From Callorhinchus milii (taxonomy: Eukaryota), in NCBI RefSeq assembly GCF_018977255.1, contig NW_024704743.1, positions 32,924,001-32,988,000 on the forward strand: a stretch of DNA of 64,000 nucleotides, in the 5' to 3' direction. Below the pieces are notes generated by a model. It ran no database searches and was not told the DNA's origin. It saw only the letters and a list, made by a program, of their open reading frames with translations. Both the position numbers and the translations under genes were made by a program. Below are positions 27,546 to 41,051 of this stretch, piece by piece (position 1 is the stretch's first letter; each line of letters starts with the position of its first letter).

Positions 27546-29433
27546 CTACCGAGAAAAATGCACTATATTTTATCTTTACACACATACGTACAAACACATG
27601 CACGGGAGCACACACACAATACATCGTGGGGCATCAGGTTATACTCTACATCTAGAAATCTATTTCAACCTTTTGTTTACTGAGTTTTCTTTGCAAGTCC
27701 AGATGTTTTCCATTTAAGTATCTGTAAAGATTATTTTCTGTGAGTTTCTCATACTGAACAGTACGATAAGGAGGTACAAAAACTACAGAATATTTCATTA
27801 ATAAAAGTCTAATGACTGCAAATTTGTCATCTTGGTTTACACTTGTACTTGCAAGCGAGTCACATTCACATTTTCGAGATGGAGGTAGATAGATATTTGT
27901 TAGGTCAGAGGATCAAGGGATATGGGGCAAGGTTGGGTAACTGGACTTGAGGCACAGATCAGCCATGATCTTCTAAAATGACAGATCAGGCTCGAGGGGT
28001 TGAATAGCCTAGTCCTGTTTCTATGTTTCTACAAGTTTTGAAGCTCTTAAACAGAAGTTCTTCTCCTCTGAAAATTGCTATACAGTGCTGCATCTAAAAT
28101 AATCTAGCTCCTTTAGATACTAGAAAGCTGTACAACACATGCAAACCCAGTCGAAAGTAACTTAAATGTCTTTAATTTGCTTGCTACTCATCTCGATTAT
28201 AAACAACTTCAATCATAGCTAAAATACCAAGAACAAGTATAGATCGTATTCCAGATAGTTACTGGGCACTATTATGTGCTATTTATTTAAGTAAATTGTA
28301 AAGTTAGAAATCCATCATTAATTTTCTAATGAGTGCATAGTTTAACTAACATTTTGTTTTGGTCAGCCTTGCTTTGTCTTGCAGGGTGAACAGGAGTTGA
28401 GTGGGATGACTCCCAGCCCCCAGTGACTTGTCTGCCCTTCCAGGTCCTGCCAGTGAGTCAGGCTGTCTGTGCTGTCATCAGCAATGCTCTGGAATACCCT
28501 GGCTCAGGAACTGGACATTCAGTTGCCAAACATGTCATCTAACAAAATCAGTGGAACGATGCAATAATGAGATCCAAAATACTGGTTTGGACTAATAGCC
28601 CATGGGCTAACCATAATCAAATCAATACAATGTGCCCTTAATTGTTTAATTGACTAATGAAAAGGAAACCAGAAGCACATTTTCATCAATTATATAACTA
28701 CAACAACAACAACTTGGATTTATATAGCGCCCTCCATGCCGTTCGGCGTCTCAGAGTGCTTGATGGCACCTGCAGGCTTTGAATGCTCCAAGGGCTATTA
28801 GCCCAATGCTAATGTTAGACATCCATGAGTTCTGTATACCCGGACAATACATGTCCATTCACAAATATTTAGGGACTATCAACAGTCATTGTTTCAACAT
28901 TCTTGAATGATCTCAAATATTCTTTTAAGTATTTTTTAATTATAACTGTGGCCCCAACGAAGACCCGAGTGAGGACTTTTTGAGGTGAAACAACTCAAAA
29001 ATGACCGTGGTGAGGCAGGAACAGAGCTGCTAGAGAATGTGTTGTCAGAGACGCAGGACAGCTTTCTGGGCCATACAACAATTCCTCCCCAACACTGAAA
29101 GCATTGAGGCTTGGGATGAAGTGACCATCTGTGAACACATGCAACTTTGTGAACCTGGGGTAGGAGCTGTGCCAAGACACTATAGAACATTTACATTTTT
29201 ACAAAAAAAAGTGTAATTCCCCCCATTTTGAAATTGCAAACAAATATAAGTTTGCAAAGATCATGTAGATGGAATGTACTCTGAAAAGGTTGATGGAAAA
29301 ACTATACAGTAGCTGCAGAACAGAACACTGCAATCTGACAGTGGCCATTCAGAGAGGAGAGAGGAATGTTCGTTTTTGCCACCGTGCCAGTGCCACTGGG
29401 TTACTGTTAATAGATTGAGCTGATGGACAACAA

Positions 29434-29797
29434 TTAATAATAATCCTTGCATTTGATATAGTGCCTTACCACGTCTTCGAGACATCTCAAAGCGCTTCAC
29501 GGGATATACTGTAAAGTGAATTGACTGTATATTTTGTGGGCGAAACGCGGCAATTGCGCACAACAGTGTCCCACAAACAGCCGTGGATTGAATTGACCAA
29601 TTTTTTTTTTGCAGGAATTATTACGCCCGGTAAAGTGATCTGCCAATTGACCTCACAACCAGGTTCCTACTTACTGTTAGGTAAACAGAGGCGTGTGGAG
29701 TAAGGAAACTTGCCCAAGGTTTCGCCCTGCCATGAATCAAACCCAGGTTTCTCGCTTGTGAGGCGAATGTTCCAACCACTAAGCCACAGGACTCCAC
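29434..29797 (-). mobile_element. tRNA SINE, long subfamily with an extra internal segment of about 70 bp
   Basis: Head, ctgtttacctaacagtaagtaggaacc segment, Deu-like body and tail. Confidence 0.88.
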
Positions 29798-31277
29798 ACT
29801 AATACATTGCTGTTCTGTTCTAGCAAGGAATGTGATTCTGCTCTGGGATACCCTCTGTGCTTGGTAGCATCTCTCATGTTTTGTCAATTATGATGACAGC
29901 ATCCACGTGCAAACAAATCATCTGATCAGTAGGGCCATTCCAAAACAGGCAAATACACCAGACAATCCCAAATCTCTGGTTTCAAGGGCCCTTTTAATTT
30001 TAAAATAAAAACATGTTCCACATGACCAGCTGTGTGCTAATTGTTCTAGTAAATCATATTCACCCACAGGTGAGCCGGCTGACATGCCATCAGTCTATTT
30101 GCTGAAGTCACACAGAAATGCAATTTATTAATGCTTCAATTTGAGTAGAAATCAAAATGCATGTAAGCTCTGCTATAAAAATCGAAGCCCCATCATGCCA
30201 GGCTCTGCTGACTTCCAATCACAGAACGGATCAAACTCAAGATCCTCACACAAGTCTACAAATCCCTTCATGCCCTGGCACCTCCCTACCTCTCCGACTT
30301 ACTTACTCCCCAATCCGATATATAAATGCAATTTATTGTTATTGTTGTAAGTTCATTTTCACATGAATACAAAGTCAACACCTATACAGATGTCTGTGTC
30401 AGTCAGCAACGGTGACTAACTACATTTAACCATTGTGAATAGAACTCTTTACTTCCAGCATCTCATACTTTCTAGTACTGTGCCTTCGTTAATAAGCTTA
30501 ATTACATTTCTTGGGAAACATTTGTTAAATGTAATATTTTCAGGCAAATGCTTCCTATTTATAATTAGAAAAACATTTCCAGACTCAGAGGATTAATTAT
30601 GTGCTCCTGTTAGTACAATGCTAAAGCTATGTCATCTTGATGAATAGCTTACAATCGGGCATTTTATAACAAATGTAGTTATTCCTGTTTATTGAGAATA
30701 AATGGAAATGTAAACAGACATTGAACTGCAGATCTACTTAATATTATTCAGATGAAAAATTAATATGAAAAATGAAGAGAAATGATTGCCAGATAGAGTA
30801 ATGACTAACGACAGCAAAAACGGTGAGTATAAACAAGTTCAGTCTGGACTGCATCACCTGTTCAAGCACTTCATTGCTTTTGTAAACCAGCTTACCAAGG
30901 ATTGTGACTCTTACGCAATGTGTAGTGTCATTGTCGGTCATTCATTGATTTGTTGCTAGAAGTTAAAAAAAATCTAGAGGATTCATTTTGGGGTAACAAT
31001 TTAAGAAGTTGAATACATTGTCATTGTTTCAACATAAGCTGTAATTCTATTACTGAAAGCAAATCTAGACAGACTTGCTTAGGATAATGATGAAGTGACA
31101 AGTTCTACTACAAGTCAATGTTATTATACTGCTGTAGTGTTCCTTTGGATCCCATGAGTTGTCTGTGACACACACTGCTCAGTTACAGACAGAAATCCCT
31201 GTGAGCAGCTACAAGTCAATTTGGAGAAACTTGTATTCTCCCAATAATCACATTATTGTCCATCCTCCCCTTATAAT

Positions 31278-31630
31278 AATAATTATAATAATTCTTGCAT
31301 TTGTTATAGTGCCTGATCACGTCTTTGAGACGTCTCAAACACACTTCAGAGTATACTGCAATATAAATTTACTGTATATTTTGTGGGTGAAACGCCTCGG
31401 ATTGAGTGATCAAATTTTTATTTATTTATTTATTTATTTATTTTGAAGGGACTATTACCCCCAGAAAACGATACGCCAATCGACTAGCAACCGGGTTCCT
31501 ACTTAACTGCTAGGTAAAGAGGCGTGTGGAGTAAGGAAAGTTGCCCAACGTTTTGCCCTGCTAGAAATCAAATCCAGGACCTCTCGGTTGCGAGGCGTGT
31601 ACTCTAACCACTGAGCTACAGGACTCCACA
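31278..31630 (-). mobile_element. tRNA SINE, internally deleted subfamily; its head lies about 40 bp from a CARMIL1 donor site
   Basis: Shares head substitutions and the Deu-segment deletion with 36750-37095. Confidence 0.85.
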
Positions 31631-31671
31631 AATATCTGTATTCATCTCCATTCTTTGCACTCAAAGCCTAC

Positions 31672-31815
31672 CTTCATGTGAAGAGGACCAGCTGCTGGGG
31701 CCACTGAATGGAGGGCTGCTCTGACCTTCCTTTTCTGATGGTAATCGCCTTAAGACTGGTGGAACCAGAGCAACTTTTGGAGAAGTGTGACCAGATGGTG
31801 ATTCTGGCCCTTCCT
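31672..31815 (-). CDS. CARMIL1: CARMIL1 exon: (E)EGPESPSGHTSPKVALVPPVLRRLPSEKEGQSSPPFSGPSSWSSSHE
   Basis: ttacag acceptor, G|gtaggc donor, 144 nt, phase 1-1. Similar to human 'PDSPSGPSSPKVALLPPVLKKVPSDKE'. Confidence 0.92.
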
Positions 31816-32384
31816 CTGTAACAAAGAATAAATTTGTAAATAATAACAATAATAATAATTCTTGCAGTTGATACATCGCCTTATCCTGTGTTCGAGACAT
31901 CTCAAATCCTACATTTGATGTATCGCCTTATTATGTCATTGAGATTCTCAAAATTTCACATTTTTTTTTGTAAACTCTAGTGTTTATTTTTGTAGGTGCA
32001 ATTGCATTCAGCGGTAAAAAGTCTGACTGCTCCTTTCCATAGATTCATTGATTTACACACAGAGTAGAATGGTGTCCACACACAGGTCTACTCATTTGTA
32101 TCGCGCTCTGATATGGAAGCGAACTCATTGCTGCGATACTGACAAGAAAAACCTGGTTGATGATACGATTACGGGGTTTGATATTTAGCCATGCAGCATG
32201 ACTGAACTGGTACCACCATGGTAAGTGTTTATTTAGCAATCTGGTACTGTGGTTAGAGACAGGGAGAGAGAGTTCAAGAAAAATAGAAGATGCTAAATTC
32301 AATGAAGGAGAGAGAAACAGAAAGTTGGAGAAAATTAAAAAGAATCATAGAAAACATTTTGAGAGAGAAAAAGTTAAGATGCAG

Positions 32385-32838
32385 AAACAACAACAACAAC
32401 AAGATTTCATATATAGAGCGCCTTTCACGTCGGGAGGACGTCCCAAGGCGCTGGACAGTAGGGGGGAAATGGTCAGGGTGAGGGGAGGGAAGAGAGGGAG
32501 CGAGAAGGGGGTAGAGAGTCGAGAGGGGAGCTGAAGGCCCGGTCGAAGAGAAAGGTCTTGAGACCGGCCTTGAAGGAGGAAAGAGAGGAGGCGGCGAAGG
32601 CACTGGGGGATAGAGTTCCAGAGCCTCGGAGCTGAGAGGCTGAAGGCCCGGCCACCAATGGTAGGGCGGTTAGGGCGGGGGGTGTGGAGCAGACCGGAGC
32701 CAGAGGAACGGAGGGTACGGGCAGGTAAGTAGGGGGATAGTAGGTCGGAGAGGTAGGAAGGAGCAAGGCCGTGAATGGGCTTGTAGGTGAGGATGAGGAT
32801 CTTGAATTTGAGGTAAGGATGAGGATCTTGAATTCGAG
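32385..32838 (-). mobile_element. L2 3' fragment
   Basis: FKILILTYKPIHGLAPSYLSDLL...GGRAFSLSAPRLWNSIP and a (TTG)n tail. Confidence 0.9.
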
Positions 32839-33699
32839 AGAGACAGAGAAAAAGACTCAAGGAGAGGAAGAAATTGTCAGAGATAAGTAGTTAAGAGACA
32901 AAGAGAGAAAAACGTTGGCACAGTGTCTACTATAGTGACAGTATATGTCCTGATGGAAGAGGTTTCTGGTTAACATTGTAGCCAATTTGCTTTTGATGAT
33001 CAATCATGAGCATTGTTTGCTTTTTCATATTGTGGATCATTTAACTCCACTGTATTCTCAGTATATCTGAAGAACTTCCATTTTTATTGCTCTTTTAACA
33101 ATGTCAATATCTCGAAGGGCTTCACAGATATTTATCAAGTGTAATGACTGTTTGTTTGTAGCCAAATGTGGCAACCATTTGCACCAGTGTAATCTCACAA
33201 AGTGAGCAATCTTGAGGATTGCTGGGCAGGACAATGACATTCCATTCTCATGCTCACAAGGGAATTGCCTATTTTGTGTTGCAAATAGCACAAACCTTAA
33301 TTGGGAACACAAATTCAAGTCTATGCTGCAAAAATACAAACTAGAATAACAATGGATTTATAAGGTTGTATTGCTGGACAAGTGTAATAGTAAATTAGCA
33401 ATTCATGCTGTCGAGAGGCCTCAAAGCAATTCCCAAAATATACTGTGTGTTTTTTGAGCAAACATAGAGGCCAATTTGCCGCATAGCAATGTCCCCCAAA
33501 CAACCATCGAGCAAATGACCAATTCTTCATCCTTATATGTAAGATGTACTCCAAGTTCCTCACTGTCTTTTCAAATACCGGATAAACCACCTTAAATCTG
33601 TACTTAAAAAGTCAACACATTACCTTCAAGGGGTGCATGACAAATACTTTGGTAATTGTACCATGAGGGAAGATTACATTATATTGTTAATCTCTATGT

Positions 33700-34575
33700 A
33701 ATAATAATAATAATCCTTGCATTTGATGTAGTGCTGTTCACATCTTCTAGACGTCTCAAAGAGCTTCACAGAATATACTGTAAAGTGAATTGATCGTATA
33801 TTTGAGGGCGAAATGCGGCAGCCAAATTGCGCACAGTAGTGTGCCACAAACAGTTATGGATTGAAGTGCCCAATTTATTATTGTTTTTTTTCTTGAGGGA
33901 TTATTATTAGGCATGTGTGTATAGTAATGACCTGCCGGTAGTTTTGGCAGCTAGCTAGTAATATTAACAAAACCCGACACCACATTTACTCTGATCATAC
34001 ACCTGTTAGTTCTTTAGTCTCAGTCATTTGAGAATCAGAGAATAGGGTTTCAAATGCAATTTTGGAGTCCTGTAGCTCAGTGGTTAGAGCACTCGCTTTG
34101 TAAGCGAGAGACCTGGGTTCAATTCCCGGCAGGGTGAAACCTTGGGCAAGTTTCCTTACTCCACACGCCTAATAATAATCCTTCAAAAAAAAATTGTTCA
34201 TTTCAATCCACGGCTGTTCGTGGGACGCTGCTGTGCGCAATTGGCTGCTGCATTTCACCCACAAATATGGTCAATTCACTTTACAGTATATTCTGTGGTT
34301 TGCAAAGAGATAAAAACAACAACAACTTGGATTTATATAGTGCCCTCCACGCTGGACGGCGTCTCAGAGCACTTCACAGTAATGGATCCCGGGGCCGAGC
34401 CAGGGGGAGGGGGAGGAAGGTGACCAAAGGCGCGGTTGGAAAGAAAGGTTTTCACTCGAGACCTGAAAATAGGAAGGGAGGGGGCGAGGCGAGGGGAGTG
34501 AGGAAGGGAGTTTCAGAGCCTCGGGGCTGAAGGCATGGCCACCGATGGTGGAGCGGAGGATTCGGGGGACAAGGT
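33700..34575. mobile_element. Cluster: inverted SINE 3' half (33700-33915), plus-strand SINE (34063-34297), minus-strand L2 tail (34315-34575)
   Basis: Similarity to the SINE and L2 copies elsewhere in the window. Confidence 0.85.
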
Positions 34576-34789
34576 AAGCAGCTGCTGCTTAAATTCTGAA
34601 CCTCCAACTGATGCAACCATCTAGTTTACTTCTGCTATGCATCACCGTGCATTAATCTGGACTTCATTTGCTCATGATCAGTCCAGGTCTAAACCATGTT
34701 AGAGCATTCATTATAAGACATTAGCTGCCTCTTTTGATTTCACAGTTTGCTCCAATCTGGTGTTATCTGCAACTGATTTGAATTGGATC

Positions 34790-36742
34790 CCTTTTTCCAA
34801 CCACCAGCTGTCATCACTCCTATCCTTAAAAAACCCTCCCCGGACCCTTCTCTACTCCCAAACTACTGCCCCATCTCCAACCTTCCTTTCCTCTCCAAGG
34901 TTCTGGAACGAGTCATTGCTTCTCAGCTTCACTCCTTCCTCTCCCGCCACTCCCTTCTCGAACCCCTCCAATCGGGTTTCCGCGCCCACAGCACAGAAAC
35001 TGTCCCGATCAAAGTGACAAATGACATTCTGTCCATCTGCGACCAGGGCTCCCTCTGCCTCCTCATCCTCCTTGACCTCTCTGCTGCTTTCGATATCGTC
35101 GACCACTCTATCCTCATCAGCCGCCTCTCCTCTCACCTCAACCTTCACGGCTCCATACTTGACTGGTTCAGATTGTACCTCTCACAGCGGCTCCACTTCA
35201 TCTACACAAACGGCTTCTCCTCTAGCCCCTGGACCGTCTTGTGCGGTATTCCTTAGGGCTGTGTCCTTGTTCCCCTCCTCTTCAATATCTATATGCTCCC
35301 TCTTGATGACATCATCCGCAGACATGGGGTCAACTTCCACATATATGCAGATAACACTCCACTCTACCCTCTGCCTCCACCCTTGACTCCAGGGCCATTG
35401 CTATCCTGACAGAATGTCTGTCAGGCATCAAGTCCTGAATGAGAGCCAACTTTCTTCAGTTGAACGTCAACAAGACTGAGGCTCTCCTGATTGGCTCCTG
35501 TCAGCGCCTCCTCACCTCAGGCGCTGACAGCATCACCATCCATGGTTGCACACTCCACCTTACTAAGCCAGTCCAGAACCTTGTTTTGACCTCAACTATC
35601 CTTTCTACCCCACATCTGCGCCGTGACCTGCTCTGCCTTCCACCACTATCTCACACCACAGGCCACCGAAACCCTCATACACGCCTTCATTACATCGAGG
35701 CTTGACTATACAAACTCATTGCTTGTCGGCCTCCCCAACTCCTCCCTCCACAGGCTGCAGATCATCCAGAACTCTGCAGCCCATGTCCTCTCCTGTATCA
35801 AGCTCTGTGATCCTATCATCCCCATCCTCGCCCGACTCCACTGGCTTCCCATCACACAGAGGATACAGTTCAAGATCCTGGTCCTCACCTTCAAAACCCT
35901 CCACGATCTTGCTCCCCCCTACCTCTGCGAACTTCCTAACCCCCTACCATCCTAATACTGGCAGCATCAGCATCCACGGCCGCACACTCAACCTCACTAA
36001 GCCAGTCTGGAACCTGGGTGTCTTGTTTGACCCTGAACTGTCCTTTCTCACCCACATCCACGCCATTACCGGCACTGCCTGCCACCACCTCCACAACATT
36101 GCCAGACTCCACCACTGCCTCACCCCTCAGGCTGCTGAAACCCTCACCACGCGATCGTCACATCAAGGCTCGATTATGGAAACTCCCTCCTCAACGGCCT
36201 TTCCAACTCTTCCCTTCACAAGCTGCAGATCATCCAAAACTCTGCAGCTCGTGTACTCTCACGCACCGGCTCCGTGACCCCATCACTCCCACCCTCGCCC
36301 GACTCCACTGGCTCCCCATCCCCCAGAGGATCGAATTCAAGATCCTCGTCCTCACTTTCAAGGCTATCCATGGCCTTGCCCCCTCCTACCTCTGACCTTT
36401 TGACACCCTACCAACCTGCCCGCTTCCTCCATTCAGCGGCCTCTGGCCTGCTCTATGTCTCCCATCCGACCCACCCTACCATCGCTGGCCGGGCTTTCAG
36501 CCTCTCTGCCCTCACACTCTCGAACTCCATTCCACAGTCCCTTCGCCTCGCTTCCTCCCTTGCCTCCTTCAAGGCTGATCTCAAGAACCTCCTCTTTGAT
36601 CGTGCTTTCAGTTGCCCTCCCACCTCTCTGCCTTCCCCCACCCCTCCCCCACGCTCGGGTCCTGACCCCTCACTGTCCAGAGCCTTGGGACGTCCTCCTG
36701 ACGTGAAAGGCACTCTATAAATGTAATTTTGTTGTTGTTGTT
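34790..36742 (+). mobile_element. Two L2 fragments in tandem (34790-35950 with RT; 35952-36742 with tail)
   Basis: PILKKPSPDP...PISNLPFLSKVLERVI, LLDLSAAFD and a YAD motif; the post-RT region occurs twice. Confidence 0.93.
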
Positions 36743-36749
36743 ATTCAAA

Positions 36750-37190
36750 ATAATCCTTGCATTTGATATAGCACTTTTCACGTCGGGAGGACGTCCCAAA
36801 GCGCTTCACAGAATATACTGTAAAGTGAATTTACTGTATATTTTGTGGGCGAAACGCCTTGGATTGAGTGATCAAATTATTAATCTGTCTGTCTGTCTGT
36901 TTATTTTGAATGGACTATTACCCCCAGAAAACGATCCGCCAATCAACTAGCAACTGGGTTCCTACTTAACTGCTAGGTAAACAGAGGTGTGTGGAGTAAG
37001 GAAAGTTACGCAACGTTTTGCCCTGCCGGAATTCGAATCCAGGTCCTCTCGGTTGCGAGGCGTGTGCTCTAATCACTGAACTACAGGACTCCACAGCAGC
37101 GTCCTACAAACAGTCGTGGATTGAGTGACCAAATTAGTACTTAAAAAAATGTTTTGAAGGGATTATTACCCCCAGAAAGCAATCCGCCAA
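36750..37190 (-). mobile_element. tRNA SINE (deleted subfamily, 36750-37095) followed by an internal SINE fragment (37095-37190)
   Basis: Reverse complement similarity to the SINE family. Confidence 0.88.
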
Positions 37191-37249
37191 TACAAAGCAG
37201 AGTAATAAATCTCGGATAGCTCAAAAAACTAATGCAGCCTGCTACTCAC

Positions 37250-37438
37250 CTGTACTCCAACTGGGCCTGGGTTTTTGGGGAATACTGGGGCGTCCCACGT
37301 TGGTGGGTTTGAGGCCTTGAGGCAGTGGCTTTGGACTTGTAGGCGTTGTTGAGGAGCTCTTAGATTTCACGGTTTCAGGTTTTGGTTCAGTTTTCATAAA
37401 CTTCTCTGGTGAAGTAGGATCTCCTTTCTGACTCCTGA
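37250..37438 (-). CDS. CARMIL1: CARMIL1 proline-rich exon: RSQKGDPTSPEKFMKTEPK...TPTSPKPLPQGLKPTNVGRPSIPQKPRPSWST
   Basis: ggcag acceptor after a long T tract, G|gtgagt donor, 189 nt, phase 1-1. Similar to human 'STPTSPKPL...RPVIPQKPR'. Confidence 0.92.
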
Positions 37439-38046
37439 CTGCCAGAACAAGACCAAAAAAAAAACCCACTTCTTAAAAAAAAGAAAACTAATAATATTAA
37501 AGATCTTTTTAAAGAAAGTACTTTGCGCCAATATCAAACCAAACTTGTCGAAGGGGAACAACACACACCAGGAAAACAGGATTTGTGGATTGATATCAGT
37601 TCACTACCTACATGCAAGCAAATAACCTCCCTTCCCACCAATTTGTAGAGAATACATCTTGGTTTCTAATCTCATCACTTCAATGGCAATATCGCTATTA
37701 AGTAACTAGAGAGCAGTGAATCAAGCATTTTTCTTTATATAATGGCTCATCCACATCCCCTGCTCTTTGCTGTCACTGTGTGATGCAGTTATGTCCCACA
37801 TCTTCTCTGCGTGACTCAAAGCTAAGCAATGAATTGACTTTAGATGTCATCACTTATAATGTTGTCCTTGATTCAACCGAGAAACGAACACGAATTTGGG
37901 AACAATAATTTCCTAGTCATTGTGTAAAATGCTGCACCCATGCTAGGATAATGAAGTAAAAGCTGAATTTACACAAATGAGAATCCCACCAAGTAAAATA
38001 TGGTTAGAAGTTCTCACCTGATGCTGTACTGTTTGATTCCACTCAC

Positions 38047-38125
38047 CTTTACTGGAATCATCCAGGCGCTCTGTACTCGATAAACTTTCATATCCTTCCT
38101 TGTTTCCAGTTTCAGTCTCAAGTTT
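38047..38125 (-). CDS. CARMIL1: CARMIL1 exon: KLETETGNKEGYESLSSTERLDDSSK
   Basis: tttag acceptor, G|gtgagt donor, 79 nt, phase 0 in and 1 out, exactly bridging its two neighbours. Confidence 0.85.
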
Positions 38126-39567
38126 CTAAATGGAACAAGGGAAGATAAAAATTAATCCTAGATATCAAACCATTAGTACTATTGGTTAGTTCTGAGCATC
38201 TACAGTAAAATCTCGATGGAAGGCTATCCTTTTGGATCTATAAAAAATTCATTGTTCAGATAATAGTTCATCAATTACCTTGCATATTAATATTATAAAG
38301 GCCAAATTTATGGGACATCAGAACATCTCACCTGGATTGCAGTAGCTATCTCAAATACCAGTAATAATAATAATCTTTGCATTTGATATAGTGCCGTATC
38401 ACATCTTCGCAATGTCTCAAAGTGCTTCACAGAATATACTGTAAAGTGAATTGACTTTATATTTTGTGGGCAATATAAATCAAATAGTTTTTACTCCATT
38501 TGTTTTGCGCAAAAATAGAATTAACAATTTGCCTGGTATTGTACCATTGCCGACACTCTCAAACTCACTGTGGACCCATTTTGCAGCTTGGAGCAATATC
38601 CCTTGGGTATATGATCCCTGAAGATGAGCAGCCAATTATGTACTTCAACCAGGAGGTCAATGTCTGCAGTCATATTGTGTGGAGAAGGTTTGTTTCTTGA
38701 GATCACTACCTTAAGGCTGATCTAGGTTTAGAAATAATGAAGTGCTTCCCTGGAGCTATTGTACATACTTACTAAACTCAAGAGTTTGGTCTGTTTGTGG
38801 GATATTCCAATGCATAAAACTGGCTGCTGTGTTCGTCTACAAAATACATAATCACTGCAAACCACTTCCCTCCTACTTTCTTTCATTTTTTAAAATTGAA
38901 CTTTTAATTTCAAATTTTTCTCCCAACATGCGGATTGGATTGCAAGTGGGTAATTTTTACATTTGAATTACTTGAGACCTAAATGATTGTACTACAACAA
39001 TTCATCAGATGCATATCTTTCAAGGCTTATACTGATGGCTGAGTGTGGAAATGGATGATATTGTAAAGTACTGTATCCTTTTCAATTTCACTGGCAAATG
39101 ACCAATGAATGAATCCAACAATTTATAGCTCAAAGTTAACAACCTTGGGTGAATGAATAATACTGTGCTGTAACTGATTTACTGCCAAAAAAAGGAAGAA
39201 AATTGACAAAGGTAGAGGATTATCTATTTCGAGTTGATATGTTTTTGTGTGTGCTGACAATACTTAAGACAACAACATTCATTCGACCTCGAGTGAGACA
39301 TTAATATTCTTTTAATGGAAAGTCTAGCAAGAGCTGCACAACTTTGACCTCCATGAGCCACTGCTTGTCAGTTGCTTATTAAAAGATTGATTACGCGTTT
39401 CGCCCACAAAATATACAGTCAATTCACTTTACAGTATATTCTGTGAAGCGCTTTGAGACGTCACGTGATAAGGCGCAATATCAAATCCAAGGATTATTAT
39501 TATTCCACACATTTTCCACCAGATTCACTAAATCTTTCAAGCAATCATTGGATGTATTTGGAATTAC

Positions 39568-39990
39568 CTTCTGTACAGCAGCTCGCTTTTCCTGTTTAGC
39601 CTTAAATTCAGCGAGCAGTCCGCTGCCCATCACCTGCACTCCATATCGACGGCCACCTTGTGGGCTGCTCTTGGTTTCATTTTTGTCCGTCTTCCCAGCT
39701 TCATCCAGTGGAGCATCCACAGCATCAGGTGTTTTGTGCTCCTCGGTGTGCTCAGCACTGCCGTTCTGTTCTCCTTGCTTCGATTCCCTCTTTGTTAGAT
39801 CTGTGGCTGGACTTTTCATAATTCCTTTTGGTGATGAGGGCTCCTCTGGGACAGACACTGTCTGTGGCCGCTCAGTTTTGCTGGAGCGTGACTTAATTAA
39901 GTTCAGAAACTGGATTTTTTGGAGTCTTTTTTCTTTTTGTCATCTGAATCGCCAGAATCAAGGGACTCCGAACTCCTCAGAGAAAGTCTC
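39568..39990 (-). CDS. CARMIL1: CARMIL1 exon with the basic membrane-binding segment and GRRYGVQVMGSGLLAEFKAKQEKRAA; carries an apparent 1-nt deletion at about 39907-39909
   Basis: ttttag acceptor, AAG|gtaatt donor. The 5' part reads DDKKKKDSKKSSF and the 3' part reads LNLIKSRS...EEPSSPKG in a different frame; both match human CARMIL1. Confidence 0.92.
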
Positions 39991-40313
39991 CTAAAACAGT
40001 AATTACTGTTATTATATATGCACCCTGTATATGTACTCTCGCATTCAACACACAAAATACTCCAAAGGCCACCTGCTACTGAAATATTAAAGGGCTGTCG
40101 AGACATTTTATTAATCATGCTTCCTAATACTAAGTATCTAAAATAATGTATAATCTGCTATGTTTTGAAGATTTCAGACACATTTCTTTGCCCACATTTT
40201 GAATTTATAATGTTCCGTGTCAATTTTAATAGGCAAGACATCAATCCTATTACTTTCAACTCTCTGTGGTCCCCCTTTAATTGGACTCAATGTAATTGAA
40301 ACACAAGGACTTA

Positions 40314-40436
<123 letters not shown>

Positions 40437-40747
40437 TTAACATTAAGTTCAGAAATACTAACATCACAAGCAAAGCATTTATCAATATAAGTTAAATTTA
40501 CACTTGGACAACTCTGTGCAGAATATCAGCTTTCGGCTTAGATCCTTGCTAACAGTGACTCCCATTTTAGCTACGTATTACCAATTTGTACATTTAGCCT
40601 GACTCCCTGCCTAGGTAAGCGATCCATTCTGAGGAAACTAATGAGGGAGAGCTACCTGCTCCACCTGAGTGCAGCTCCATTCATCTGAAGTGACAGAAAG
40701 GACACAAAAGGTGAGAGTTCACCAGAAAGAAAAACTAAGAAGGTTAA

Positions 40748-41050
40748 TGTGTGTGAGTATGTGTGTGAGTGTGAGCGTCAGTGAGTATGTGTGTGTGAGT
40801 GTGTGTGTGTGTGAGTGTGCGTCAATGAGTGTGTGTGTGCATCAGTGAGTGCGTGCGCGTGTCTGTGTATGGATATGAGTCAGTGTGTGTGTGAGTGTGC
40901 GCCTGTATATGAGTGCGCGTTGGTGTGTGAGTGTGTGCACTTTGCAGGGGTGGTGAGTGTGTGCATCAGGGTGTGTATTCTTTGCATTTGTCGGGATGTG
41001 TGTGCATTCACCTCCCCTTGACGTACGTGTGTGTGTGTGTGTGTGTGTGT
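40748..41050. repeat. Imperfect (GT)n/(GTGA)n microsatellite
   Basis: Visible directly in the sequence. Confidence 0.9.
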
Positions 41051-41051
41051 G

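Noticed and set aside
38018..38046. Alternative donor CAG|gtgaga downstream of the 79-nt exon
   Set aside because: It adds 29 nt and breaks the frame with the next exon.
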